From IMG/VR virus record IMGVR_UViG_3300046168_000050: a DNA stretch of 64,000 nt; one strand, given 5' to 3'. A program made the position numbers and the translations under genes. Positions within the stretch are counted from its first letter, which is position 1; each line of letters opens with the position of its first letter. This document shows positions 8,821 through 18,286 of this stretch, piece after piece. Below the pieces are notes generated by a model, which was not told where the DNA came from, made no database searches, and saw only the letters and a list, made by a program, of their open reading frames with translations. Source of the DNA: a virus.

Positions 8821-8948
8821 CTGCATTTAACGTATGCAGCAACCGTCTGGGTTTCCTGGTACCAGATCGTATACCAACCTAAACACCGCTCGAGCGTTTA
8901 ACGTGAATAGGGTTTAGTTGAGTACGTTTGCGATATTGCAGGCTTTCC
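8821..8948 (-). ncRNA. unassigned structured RNA (rod-like, internal bubble)
   Basis: Nested pairings GCAAT/GTTGC, CGTA/TACG, CAAC/GTTG, CTAAAC/GTTTAG, side hairpin TCTGG..CCAGA, then a CTGCAT/ATGCAG hairpin and a terminator. Confidence 0.45.
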
Positions 8949-9182
8949 TCATTCGCCTTCCAGCAGTTGGATTCTCTCTTGGAGACTCTCCTGCTGAACT
9001 ACTTGACGAGCTCTGAATGCAGCATAAGCTACTGCTAGATCTACATGCTGCTCGTCTATTCTATTCATTTCCTCATCGACACGGGCGATATATGCACCAA
9101 GAGCTTTGTTGTGGTTATCCACTTTCTTGATGTACTCACCCATACCGTACATAGACAAAAACCAAATTATTGCTACTTCCAT
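8949..9182 (-). CDS. hypothetical membrane-anchored coiled-coil protein
   Basis: AAGGAGA RBS right after the tRNA. Confidence 0.6.
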   Translation of the reverse strand: MEVAIIWFLSMYGMGEYIKKVDNHNKALGAYIARVDEEMNRIDEQHVDLAVAYAAFRARQVVQQESLQERIQLLEGE

Positions 9183-9197
9183 TTAGTTTCTCCTTAT

Positions 9198-9274
9198 TGG
9201 CGAACACGGAAGGATTCGAACCCTCGACCTAGTGCTTAGAAGGCACTTGCTCTATCCAGCTGAGCTACGTGTCC
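9198..9274 (-). tRNA. tRNA-Arg(UCU)
   Basis: GGACACGTAGCTCAGCTGGATAGAGC...AGTGC-CT-TCT-AA-GCACT...GGTTCGAATCC...CGCCA; encoded CCA. Confidence 0.97.
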
Positions 9275-9280
9275 ATTATA

Positions 9281-9472
9281 TTATTCAGTTGGCTTTACGA
9301 GCTGCCAACAAACATTACCATCTCCATCTACAAGAGCTAGAGTTCCTTCACCAGGAGGACGACAATTTGGATTAATCATCTCCCACTGATAACCTTCTTG
9401 TTGCTGCTGATGAGAAAGAGCAAAGAACTCTTGGTTATCATGAGCAAACAACGCTAAAATTATTACAATCAT
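9281..9472 (-). CDS. hypothetical exported protein
   Basis: Hydrophobic N-terminus and two Cys. Confidence 0.55.
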   Translation of the reverse strand: MIVIILALFAHDNQEFFALSHQQQQEGYQWEMINPNCRPPGEGTLALVDGDGNVCWQLVKPTE

Positions 9473-9480
9473 TTTCTACC

Positions 9481-9921
9481 TTACCTTTCAAACGGCACTA
9501 CATATCGTTTGCCGTCAATATAAAATCTTATAGTCGAGTGACTATATACACTTACATTAGAATTCTGATACACGACAACATCACTACATTGTCTTTGAAG
9601 TTCATATCCAGTTACCTTAGCACCTTTAGCCGATTCGTTGGCTACGATAGCACCACCAAGAGCACCAATCGCAGCACCACTGTCTTTACCAGATGCAGTA
9701 CCACCAATAAGACCACCTAAGATTGCGCCAAGTAATACATCACCCCCAGAGGCTTGACCGCCTTGCTGATAAATAGGAACTTGCACATCTTGGCATCGCC
9801 GTTCAGATACAGGAACGGATTGCGTTACAGTTTTTTTATGGTCAAAGACTTTAATATTAGTTACTTCTGCAGAAACAGAAGTAGCAGCTAAAACCGCTGC
9901 AGCAGTAATTAAATATTTCAT
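9481..9921 (-). CDS. glycine-zipper 2TM exported protein
   Basis: Signal peptide; GAILGGLIGG...GAAIGALGGAI. Confidence 0.8.
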   Translation of the reverse strand: MKYLITAAAVLAATSVSAEVTNIKVFDHKKTVTQSVPVSERRCQDVQVPIYQQGGQASGGDVLLGAILGGLIGGTASGKDSGAAIGALGGAIVANESAKGAKVTGYELQRQCSDVVVYQNSNVSVYSHSTIRFYIDGKRYVVPFER

Positions 9922-10169
9922 CTATTATATTCCTCATTAAGAGATGTTACAAGTTCAATTGCCACATCTACGTCAGTTGAATTAAGAGCAGGTAAATCGC
10001 CCGCATACAGTTGAACAGTAAGACATTCATGAATATCTTCGGCAGTGATATGCTGCTTATCATACAACGAAGCAAATATTTGCATAGCTATCTCAGATGG
10101 TCTCATCTGCAATCTCCATTCCAGTAAATCCTTCTTGAGTCCAGCCACGATGCCTAGCATGTGCATCAA
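9918..10169 (-). CDS. hypothetical protein (true start probably MRPSEIA)
   Basis: ORF in the early array. Confidence 0.5.
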   Translation of the reverse strand: MMHMLGIVAGLKKDLLEWRLQMRPSEIAMQIFASLYDKQHITAEDIHECLTVQLYAGDLPALNSTDVDVAIELVTSLNEEYNR

Positions 10170-10332
10170 CGATATGCGTATATTGTGACATAGGCCACAT
10201 ACCTTCTTTTTGAGCCCATTGCTTCATGTCTCTTTGAACCATGCAAGACTGATCACCTTGAACAGGTGAGGCTTCAAGGCGATTGATTTCTTCTTCGGCA
10301 ATATCAAAGCCATTACGAGTTGATTGAATCAT
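10093..10332 (-). CDS. hypothetical protein
   Basis: Translationally coupled ORF. Confidence 0.55.
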   Translation of the reverse strand: MIQSTRNGFDIAEEEINRLEASPVQGDQSCMVQRDMKQWAQKEGMWPMSQYTHIVDAHARHRGWTQEGFTGMEIADETI

Positions 10333-10532
10333 TACACTGCCCTCTTAGCTGCAAGAAATTGATCTGCCATATCGTCAAAGAACGAATTAAAGTTTTCACC
10401 TAATTTTTCTATCCAGCCATCCAAAGCTAAATCAGACTCAACATAGTTCCATATAACCGTTCCGTCTTCAGTCTGGTTAACATAGTTATTACATGCTTTT
10501 TCAAAGGCGGTTACAAATTCAGAATCAAACAT
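10332..10532 (-). CDS. hypothetical protein
   Basis: AGGAG RBS. Confidence 0.6.
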   Translation of the reverse strand: MFDSEFVTAFEKACNNYVNQTEDGTVIWNYVESDLALDGWIEKLGENFNSFFDDMADQFLAAKRAV

Positions 10533-10605
10533 TATAAGATAGCTCCTATTGCAAAGAAAAGACCGGCAATGGTCATGCCATTAAGAAGTGTATTGAGGCT
10601 AAACA

Positions 10606-10863
10606 TTAAGCCGCCTCACATACGTTGTTCATGATACGGTTAAAAAGCTTTTTAGCTCCATCGTCATCAGCGAAACCTTCATCAGATGCAAAATCCATAT
10701 CTGAAGAAAAATAACAATCAGAAGCAATACCGTAACGCTCTACCAAATATACACCATCAGCAGTATCATCTGCACGACGTTCGATTTCACCTTCAGCGGT
10801 TTGAATACGAAAGCTAAGACCAGCGTTACAAGCATTTACAAAGTTGATTCCGAATTTTGACAT
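10606..10863 (-). CDS. hypothetical early protein
   Basis: GGAG RBS directly after an early promoter; SSDMDFA motif. Confidence 0.65.
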   Translation of the reverse strand: MSKFGINFVNACNAGLSFRIQTAEGEIERRADDTADGVYLVERYGIASDCYFSSDMDFASDEGFADDDGAKKLFNRIMNNVCEAA

Positions 10864-10887
10864 TGTTTTTCTCCATTTGATATAACC

Positions 10888-10967
10888 ATACTACACTATT
10901 CCAAATCATTTGTACACAGTTAATTTAGCTTTTTTCAAACTTTGTTTCGTTTGTTTTCAATAACTTA
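10888..10967 (-). promoter_or_regulatory. early promoter with upstream IHF-like box
   Basis: TGTACA (10911-10916), 17 nt, TAGTAT; TTTCAATAACTTA at 10955-10967. Confidence 0.75.
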
Positions 10968-11097
10968 TCCGTGCTCAAAACGGGCATATGAAAGTGGTAC
11001 AATCTCTTTTTTATTTTTTTCCTTTTTAGTGTTGGAGTTATCGCTTTTAATCCATCCAGTCAAGCTTGCTGCTTCAATGCCATCACAAGGATCGTCG

Positions 11098-11406
11098 CTA
11101 TCTGCCATCTTTACCTCTTAAATCCGCTAATGCATATTTAACCCGGCTGGGATACTCTCCTAAAAAAGTGCCTGCTTCTAACATATCTTTACTTATAAGC
11201 TCTTTATGCATATGTTCTACTTTATCCCAATCTTTTAGCATTTTATTTGCCAGTCTGTCAAAATAGCTATCTGATAATATAGGACGATCTTGTTCATAAT
11301 ATGCATATGCAGCCATAAGGTACCATGGTACTGTCATATTAATATTATCGTCAATTAGATCTCCACAATGTTTATCAAATATTTCATTCTTTTTACGTGC
11401 GGCCAT
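11098..11406 (-). CDS. stand-alone NAD+-dependent DNA ligase domain Ia-like protein
   Basis: AYAYYEQDRPILSDSYFDRL matches the LigA YY..D.P..SD..YD.L motif. Confidence 0.7.
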   Translation of the reverse strand: MAARKKNEIFDKHCGDLIDDNINMTVPWYLMAAYAYYEQDRPILSDSYFDRLANKMLKDWDKVEHMHKELISKDMLEAGTFLGEYPSRVKYALADLRGKDGR

Positions 11407-11770
11407 AGTAAGCCTCCGTTAGTTGTTTCTCCTTCGCAAGCGCTTCAATTTCATGTGGTCTTTCATCATATGGCAAATCATAGTACATCTCTTCTTTATG
11501 AAGATATTGTTTGACATGAACGAGTTCATGTAAAAGTGTTGCTACGATTTCATTTTGGGGAAGGGTTGTATCAAAGCGAATCGTAAAGTCACGATCATCT
11601 TCATACATGCAGTCGCCATATACTCCTCTATTGCGCATTGCAATAATATTTATATAAACGTGCTTATGACGAGGAAATAATTTTTTTCGACCGAACTCTA
11701 GTACGTCACAGATTAGATCCTGAAATTTTACGGATTTTATATTTTGGAATTCAACTATCATCATAGGCAT
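11393..11770 (-). CDS. zinc metallopeptidase-like protein
   Basis: TLLHELVHVKQY plus PHEIEA. Confidence 0.8.
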   Translation of the reverse strand: MPMMIVEFQNIKSVKFQDLICDVLEFGRKKLFPRHKHVYINIIAMRNRGVYGDCMYEDDRDFTIRFDTTLPQNEIVATLLHELVHVKQYLHKEEMYYDLPYDERPHEIEALAKEKQLTEAYYGRT

Positions 11771-11803
11771 AATTCTACACTACCTAACAATATTTGTACA
11801 CCA

Positions 11804-12400
11804 TTATTTTGTTACAATCTCAACATTTTCGCCTTTAGGAAATTTAAGTTTATCATGATTGTGGTGAAGTACAAATTGCGTGTCCTTAAATTCTTCAAAG
11901 ATTTTTTGCCAAATAGGCCTCCAGTTATCATTGAGCCGCACGTTATTTGTAGTGCCGCGGTCTGATCCAAGATAAAAGTCCGTACAGCTTCTTAGATTCA
12001 TATCAAATAACGAATCGAACCCATATAGATGTATCTCTTTTGCCTGTAGTCTGTTTGCCGTGTAATGCGCTGCGAAATGCCCACAATTAAGATTAGTGTA
12101 ATTACCTGCATATTTTGGTAATACGGTATAAAACTCTTTTATGTGATGCCCAAACCTCATACGAAAATTATCTTTATTTTTGTCATACCAAATCTTAGGT
12201 CTAAACCCAAGCACCCAATCGCCAGGTACGGTAACAGAACCGTCAGTGATAGCCATGCACATTTTAAAATCTACTATGCAAGTTGTATAGCAGTTTTCTA
12301 CCGTAAATGGAGGAAGATTGCACGTAATTTTAAGGCCCTTGGCTGGTTTGTACATAGGAGCATTATCACCGTTACCAATAATATGAGCAACTCTAGTCAT
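11804..12400 (-). CDS. sialyltransferase/DUF115-like glycan-modifying protein
   Basis: IIGNG N-terminal motif, NCGH.A, KEIHLYGFD. Confidence 0.55.
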   Translation of the reverse strand: MTRVAHIIGNGDNAPMYKPAKGLKITCNLPPFTVENCYTTCIVDFKMCMAITDGSVTVPGDWVLGFRPKIWYDKNKDNFRMRFGHHIKEFYTVLPKYAGNYTNLNCGHFAAHYTANRLQAKEIHLYGFDSLFDMNLRSCTDFYLGSDRGTTNNVRLNDNWRPIWQKIFEEFKDTQFVLHHNHDKLKFPKGENVEIVTK

Positions 12401-13047
12401 CTAATTGTCTCTCTAATTATTTTTTTAATTTCTTCATTACCCTTAGCGCCTGTCCAGTGCATAACTTTTATTTTGTCTGGAGTAGTGCCATCTAAAACAT
12501 CTAATCTTAATACATTAAACGCTCTAGGTAGGTCTTTTATATATCTCATTCTATTAAGAGCTTGTCCAACTATAGTGTGAAGTACTTCCTGATCTCCTAC
12601 TATAGGCTTATATGCTACTTCTGTTGCCCATTTGCCTAAAATTGATGGCGTACCTTGAAAAGCTATTACTCCGGAGTTATGCCAGGTTTCACCACGCCTT
12701 TTAGACCACGGAATATCTTCTACCATGCATAGCTTTTCTGGTTCAGTAAAGTTAAATATATTTTCAATGTTTTCTTGAACGTGGCAGTCAGTATCCAACC
12801 AACAAACCTTGTTAGCTGCTAAAGCTGCTTTCATCATAGCAGATGGTTTTTTAAACCACCCTCGATCATTACTATTAAGATGCACACTTAATTCCGGATA
12901 TGGATTATTTTTCATGCCGAAATCATATATCATTAACTCAGCATTTGGATTATGCATTTTAAAATTATTTACAAACCATGGCAATTGCCATTCAGTGATG
13001 TGATCACACCCTGTAATAAAAAGATTAGACGATTTTGTAGCTACCAT
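12397..13047 (-). CDS. GT-A glycosyltransferase (GT8-like)
   Basis: WLDTD, NSGV, GDQE, HWTG.K motifs. Confidence 0.8.
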   Translation of the reverse strand: MVATKSSNLFITGCDHITEWQLPWFVNNFKMHNPNAELMIYDFGMKNNPYPELSVHLNSNDRGWFKKPSAMMKAALAANKVCWLDTDCHVQENIENIFNFTEPEKLCMVEDIPWSKRRGETWHNSGVIAFQGTPSILGKWATEVAYKPIVGDQEVLHTIVGQALNRMRYIKDLPRAFNVLRLDVLDGTTPDKIKVMHWTGAKGNEEIKKIIRETIR

Positions 13048-13666
13048 TATAATTATGCTTTGCTAGGCATCCCTCTGTTTTTTGTATAGTTGTAAATGTA
13101 TCCCTTGCTTCTACAGGCCAAGGATAATACTCTTCTAGCCACGGAAATACGTCAAGATGTAAAAACACATCTGTTGGCTTTGCTTTTCGCTTAGATTCAT
13201 CAATAAGTCGCTGTGCACCCCACGGGCTCACACGGTAGGCGTGGGCACCAGGGAAATATCTTTTAGATACTAATTTATTTTTACCGAGGAGAGGTGGAAC
13301 ATTAAATCTGCCATAAGAAGGCTTTCCAAAATTTATGCACCCATTAAAAGGCATATTAGGGATATAATCAACCAATACTGCATCATGCTCAAATATAGTA
13401 ACTTCTTCTTTTATTTCTGTACAATGCTTCCATAACGACCAATGCGAGTGAAAAGCAGCCATGCAGTTATCTAAACGCGAATATTTTTCTTTAAATCCTT
13501 CTGGTTCAATACCTGCATCAAAAAGAAATCCATATAGAAGTTCATTAGGAGTTGTAGCTTCCCAATTTTGTATTTCAAAGCCATATCTTTTTCCAGATGT
13601 AATACACCGTGCCGCCGCCTCAACAGACTTTGGCATTTGGGACATAGTAATAACATAATTTTTCAT
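13025..13666 (-). CDS. GT25-like glycosyltransferase
   Basis: C..SH..LW, IFEHDA, GAHAY, PTD. Confidence 0.8.
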   Translation of the reverse strand: MKNYVITMSQMPKSVEAAARCITSGKRYGFEIQNWEATTPNELLYGFLFDAGIEPEGFKEKYSRLDNCMAAFHSHWSLWKHCTEIKEEVTIFEHDAVLVDYIPNMPFNGCINFGKPSYGRFNVPPLLGKNKLVSKRYFPGAHAYRVSPWGAQRLIDESKRKAKPTDVFLHLDVFPWLEEYYPWPVEARDTFTTIQKTEGCLAKHNYNGSYKIV

Positions 13667-14355
13667 TGAGTCGTGGTACTCTTTAAATTTTGAATAGTAG
13701 TATAGAATTTACGGGTGACATATAAGTCAGGAAATAATTGTCTGCACATTATGGCATCGTTTGGCCAAAGGCCAAATTCCTCTACAAGCTTAAGCATTCT
13801 AATTGCGCCGCTTGGTTTAATTATATATGCACTATTTCCAGCTAACCCCTGTGGAACATTTTCATTATCTACCTTAGGAGCTAATTGAAACATGTTTTGG
13901 CTGTCAATTACTTTCTGATAAAACACTCTAGCCTTACGTGTACAGCCAAGTGGATTATTAATTCCAATAATATTTCCTTTACATTCACTCGGATTAATAT
14001 TTAGTTTATAAGTAAAACAGGCATCGTGTTCTAATATTAATATTGTTTCGTTGCTTGTGGCGGCTTCAAGCCACAGTGAATAGTGGCTCAGCGCGGCTGC
14101 AACCCTAGCCTTAGGTCTTGCCGTTACATACGCGCGTTTAATTAAGCCTGACGCAAAATCAGTAACTTCTCCGGTCCATGGATAATTCCATTGTAACTTA
14201 AATTTTGAAAGAAGTACATCAGTATTTTCAGGTACTATAGCATTGAATCGATTTATTTCAAAATCGTTCTTGACCCTAAAAGAACTAGTCACCAGGTTTT
14301 TATACCCGTGCTCAGATATATCGTGGTCTCTAATTACTATAGCATAGGCTTTCAT
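13663..14355 (-). CDS. GT25-like glycosyltransferase
   Basis: LSHYSLW, ILILEHDA, GNSAYIIKP, PND. Confidence 0.8.
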   Translation of the reverse strand: MKAYAIVIRDHDISEHGYKNLVTSSFRVKNDFEINRFNAIVPENTDVLLSKFKLQWNYPWTGEVTDFASGLIKRAYVTARPKARVAAALSHYSLWLEAATSNETILILEHDACFTYKLNINPSECKGNIIGINNPLGCTRKARVFYQKVIDSQNMFQLAPKVDNENVPQGLAGNSAYIIKPSGAIRMLKLVEEFGLWPNDAIMCRQLFPDLYVTRKFYTTIQNLKSTTTQ

Positions 14356-14933
14356 GATACTCTTTCTAGTAAAGTATATCCTTCTGCGACTTCATTACGT
14401 TCAATGACTTTAAACGGATACTGATCACAAAACCTAACTAAAGTTTCATACAAAGAACTATTCTGACGACCATTAATAATACTAGTGTCGTGTGCCAAAA
14501 TATATTTTTTAATATTAACTTGATGTGTCATAAGTTCTCTTGACATGTGTTGAGGATGATGATAGCTATCAATTAAAAGAAAATCCACAGGGCCACCAGA
14601 AGATTTTAGATGTGTAGAATCTTGTTCAATTTCTTTTAAAATGATTTTATGTTTCAAGCAAAACTCTTCTGCAATAGGCTGTAAGAATTTTCTATATCTT
14701 GACATATCGTTATCGACTAATACGATTTTCTTTGGTTTAGTAAGTAGGGCCGCAGAAGCCGTACCACCTTGGTGTGTACCTAGCTCCATATAAGAATCGC
14801 ACTCTTTCATTCTTTCTTTAATAACCTCATGGTGATCACAATAATGTTCGCCATGTGCTTCTGTCTGCTGTCTTACAATTTCCTTATGAAACTGCTTTAG
14901 AGTTTTTACGTGCCCTAGTTCAGAATTTATCAT
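14352..14933 (-). CDS. class I SAM methyltransferase (Methyltransf_24-like)
   Basis: ELGTHQG, DFLLIDSYH, HDT. Confidence 0.75.
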   Translation of the reverse strand: MINSELGHVKTLKQFHKEIVRQQTEAHGEHYCDHHEVIKERMKECDSYMELGTHQGGTASAALLTKPKKIVLVDNDMSRYRKFLQPIAEEFCLKHKIILKEIEQDSTHLKSSGGPVDFLLIDSYHHPQHMSRELMTHQVNIKKYILAHDTSIINGRQNSSLYETLVRFCDQYPFKVIERNEVAEGYTLLERVS

Positions 14934-14934
14934 T

Positions 14935-15792
14935 TTATACCTCGTATTTTATAGCGTCAATGCACATATCTTCTAATGATTTATTTTGTTTAAAATATTT
15001 AGATTTGGTAGGAACAGTTGATATGGCAATATCACCGGCTCTGCGAGGCCCTTCAACTACTTCAAAATTAACTCTCGAAACATTGGCCATTGCATCTACA
15101 ACTTCTTTTACTGAATGCCCTTCAGGAGAACCTAAACAATCGATTTCATTTGTAGGTTCGTTCTCGGTTATTCTCATTAAGGAATCGACTATATCTTTGA
15201 CATGCGTATAGTTTCTGACACACGTACCGTCTCTTGTTTCAAAGTCAGTTCCATGAATATACAGCTTATCAAATTTACCATTAACTACAGCAGCTGCTCT
15301 TCTAATGAGATGGCTATATTCATCATCATATTTTGCCATACCATCATTGCCACTTACATTATAGAATCTCACAATACTGCATTTGGGTTTAAATTGTTTT
15401 GCTATTAATTCACCTGCATGTTTTGATCCTGCATATGGATTACTTTGTGGTTCGAAAGCACTGCCAGTTGAACAATAAACAAAATGATCGCATGCTGCAG
15501 CATCGATTACATTCTTAGTTCCGATGACATTAGTCATATAATAGTTATAAGGATCTTTTACTGAATTAGGAACTTTTGTTTGCGCAGCAATATGAATTAC
15601 TTTATCATATGTATCATTATTATTCAGCAGTTTATTTCGAATATCCCAAGGATAAAATTTGTGACAGTACTTAAAAATATCATTCTGTTTAGTATTAAAA
15701 TCTGCAGCTGAAATTGTATGTCCAGCCTCTGCAGCGGTTTTTACAAAATGAGCACCTATATAACCCGTGGCGCCTGTCACAAATAATCTCAT
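14935..15792 (-). CDS. galE: UDP-glucose 4-epimerase-like NAD-dependent epimerase
   Basis: TGATGYIG, YxxxK (YAGSK), DGTCVRNYTHV.D, RRAGD. Confidence 0.9.
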   Translation of the reverse strand: MRLFVTGATGYIGAHFVKTAAEAGHTISAADFNTKQNDIFKYCHKFYPWDIRNKLLNNNDTYDKVIHIAAQTKVPNSVKDPYNYYMTNVIGTKNVIDAAACDHFVYCSTGSAFEPQSNPYAGSKHAGELIAKQFKPKCSIVRFYNVSGNDGMAKYDDEYSHLIRRAAAVVNGKFDKLYIHGTDFETRDGTCVRNYTHVKDIVDSLMRITENEPTNEIDCLGSPEGHSVKEVVDAMANVSRVNFEVVEGPRRAGDIAISTVPTKSKYFKQNKSLEDMCIDAIKYEV

Positions 15793-15795
15793 AGT

Positions 15796-16614
15796 TTATC
15801 CTTCATTAGGCCAGTTTTTATTTACTGGCAAATTCCATTCATTAACAGGACTATTAGTAATCTGCCATAGAGCTTCTTCTGGCCAGTCATCGGCTGTGCG
15901 GAACATAATATGTACTAGCTTTGCATTATCTGGCCTGTTATCACCAATTTTGGCCACAGGATGAGACCCTACTTTGTGCATATAACAATTCCATTCGTTA
16001 GGCATACGCATTAACTTAAAATTAGGAAGATGAATAAAGGCTGAAAAGTAATCTTGAAAGAGCCTATAGAACCTAGGAAATTGGCCCATTTTATCTACGT
16101 AGTCTTGAAATGACGGCCAATCCTTTTTCATCTTTTGCAATCCAGCTTTTGATATTACTACTACGCCAGTATTAAATACTTCTGGTCTACCTTCTTTATC
16201 ATAAGAATATTTTATGCCCCAAGTGTCTGCGCAGGTTCTAGCCCATACTTTATCTACTGCGCTTGTAATTCCACCAGAATTATAAATTGTTCTAAAGAAA
16301 GGTTGCTTAGGTTCAGTGCAAATACCCGCGTCTTCGCCATTAAGCATAAACAAATTATCTGATAATCCTTCTACAGGAAACACATCAATATCTATTAATG
16401 CCACATTATCATACTGATCAAATTCAGCGCTCACTAATGGATTAGCAGGTTCATAATATATTGGTACATTTACTACTTTACTGGCGATAGTAACATTATG
16501 GTCAAACTTATATGCAGCTCCAATTTTATCTGCATATGCTTTCATTAGTTTAGTACTAGCTAATACCCCAGGTTTTAAAGGTCCTTGCCAATATTGGTAA
16601 ATCATGTTTTTCAT
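15796..16614 (-). CDS. GT-A glycosyltransferase
   Basis: IDID, FNTGV, WN, H motifs. Confidence 0.7.
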   Translation of the reverse strand: MKNMIYQYWQGPLKPGVLASTKLMKAYADKIGAAYKFDHNVTIASKVVNVPIYYEPANPLVSAEFDQYDNVALIDIDVFPVEGLSDNLFMLNGEDAGICTEPKQPFFRTIYNSGGITSAVDKVWARTCADTWGIKYSYDKEGRPEVFNTGVVVISKAGLQKMKKDWPSFQDYVDKMGQFPRFYRLFQDYFSAFIHLPNFKLMRMPNEWNCYMHKVGSHPVAKIGDNRPDNAKLVHIMFRTADDWPEEALWQITNSPVNEWNLPVNKNWPNEG

Positions 16615-17618
16615 TTTTTATCCTTAAATCGTTTTGCTATAGCCAATGAAGAATTTATAGCTTGATGCATATCTAAGTATGCATATAATCCACAGCGACC
16701 TATAAATGTCATATTCTTAGATTGAAGTTTTTTATATTTTTCGTAAATCTTTTTATTTTTATTATCAGCATCTTTTACTGGATAATATCTTTCTAAATTA
16801 TTTTCAAGATAATCACATGGCTCTTCAAACGTAAGCGTTGTCATATACTTATTGTCACCATGACATGGTATATTTTTCCATTCTGTAACTCTGGTCTTAG
16901 GTCCGTGATGAGTAAAATTGACAACTGCAGTTGGTAATGCTTTTGGTATAGGTAGACTTATTGTCTCAAATTTAATAGAACGATAAGGTAGCTTTCCATA
17001 TTTAAATTCATAATACTCATCTATGGGCATAGAGTTAAACACATGATCATATTCTTTCTCTAATGATTTATTAAAATGCACTTTAAGATCAACTGTGATA
17101 TTATGGTGATAAAGAATATTCTTAACCATTTCTGTATAGCCAAGCCGAGGCATATACTGTATTTTATCATCTGGAAAGTATAATTCGTTGTCGTCATCTC
17201 TTATAGGTACACGATTAATAATATCCGGATTAAGTTTATCTAACTCTACTCCCCACATCTTTTTAGTATAAGGTCTGAAGAATACATCTAAGACGTTTTC
17301 TTCACCTACTATATCTTTTGTTTCTTTATTAACAGGCAACGTTACGTATTGGCCGTCTGCTAATTGGGCCTTTACTTTGTGTCTATATTCAACCCAATCG
17401 GTAAATCTAGACAGCCATTCAAAAACTGTTTTATTATTAGTATGAAATAGGTGTGGACCGTACTTATGAACTCTTATACCGTGTTCGTTATTGTAATCAT
17501 AGGCGTTGCCGGCAACGTGATCACGGCGGTCAATTACGTGAACACTGTGGCCGCTATCAGCCAGTTCTCTAGCTATAGTAACTCCAGATAATCCAGCACC
17601 TACCACTAATATTTTCAT
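16611..17618 (-). CDS. glf: UDP-galactopyranose mutase
   Basis: GAGLSG, GNAYD, HKYGPHLFHT, LPYRS, RYYP, GR...Y.Y.DMHQ. Confidence 0.95.
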   Translation of the reverse strand: MKILVVGAGLSGVTIARELADSGHSVHVIDRRDHVAGNAYDYNNEHGIRVHKYGPHLFHTNNKTVFEWLSRFTDWVEYRHKVKAQLADGQYVTLPVNKETKDIVGEENVLDVFFRPYTKKMWGVELDKLNPDIINRVPIRDDDNELYFPDDKIQYMPRLGYTEMVKNILYHHNITVDLKVHFNKSLEKEYDHVFNSMPIDEYYEFKYGKLPYRSIKFETISLPIPKALPTAVVNFTHHGPKTRVTEWKNIPCHGDNKYMTTLTFEEPCDYLENNLERYYPVKDADNKNKKIYEKYKKLQSKNMTFIGRCGLYAYLDMHQAINSSLAIAKRFKDKK

Positions 17619-18286
17619 AATATACCTTTGTCAACCAGTGCCTGATAGTTTTCTATTTTCTCGCGTTTTGGCCCCTGGGGTGTAATCTTAGTTCTTACAT
17701 GAATAAACCCTGCGGTTTGAGGGCTAGGAAGGAAACTGCACTGACACCATCTTCTGTGAAGATAAGGTTTCTTTGGAGTAAAGCCAGACTTAACGGCTAA
17801 AGTGTGAATGATGCCTTCATCTTCATAATTATAAAGTTTATTATATGGATGCATCCAAGCTTCATTGCCGCCTAATTCAGATCTAAGCTTAACTCTCATA
17901 TCCTTTGAAAATTTGTAAATAGCTCCACCCCAATAAGGATATAAAAGACTAGCGTACATGGGATATGAAGCAGCCAGTCTATGGTGTAGCCTATGCTGCA
18001 CCTCTTCATATAGGCCAATACCAGATTCTTCAAATATATTAGTAGTCATATTCTTCGGGGCAAACATATCAATGTCAAGCATTAGCACATCATCATAGTC
18101 ATCAAACTCTTCATGAAGCATATGAACTTTTTGACAAGGTGATGTAAGATGCTTTCGAAAAGGTTTACCTGTGATTAGTTTATAATCTGCATTTACTAGC
18201 TTAGCATATTCCTGAATATTAGCCATAGACAGTTTATCGAGCTCTCTTAACTCACCGTCAAAATGCTGTAGAATAATATTTACCAT
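17615..18286 (-). CDS. GT-A glycosyltransferase
   Basis: MLDIDM DxD motif; resembles neighbouring GTs. Confidence 0.65.
   Translation of the reverse strand: MVNIILQHFDGELRELDKLSMANIQEYAKLVNADYKLITGKPFRKHLTSPCQKVHMLHEEFDDYDDVLMLDIDMFAPKNMTTNIFEESGIGLYEEVQHRLHHRLAASYPMYASLLYPYWGGAIYKFSKDMRVKLRSELGGNEAWMHPYNKLYNYEDEGIIHTLAVKSGFTPKKPYLHRRWCQCSFLPSPQTAGFIHVRTKITPQGPKREKIENYQALVDKGIL

Noticed and set aside
5431-8960. RNase P RNA interpretation of the two structured elements (both have GAGGAAAG nearby)
   Set aside because: The complementary 3' P4 strand (ACAGAA..CGGCTTA) and the expected length are absent.
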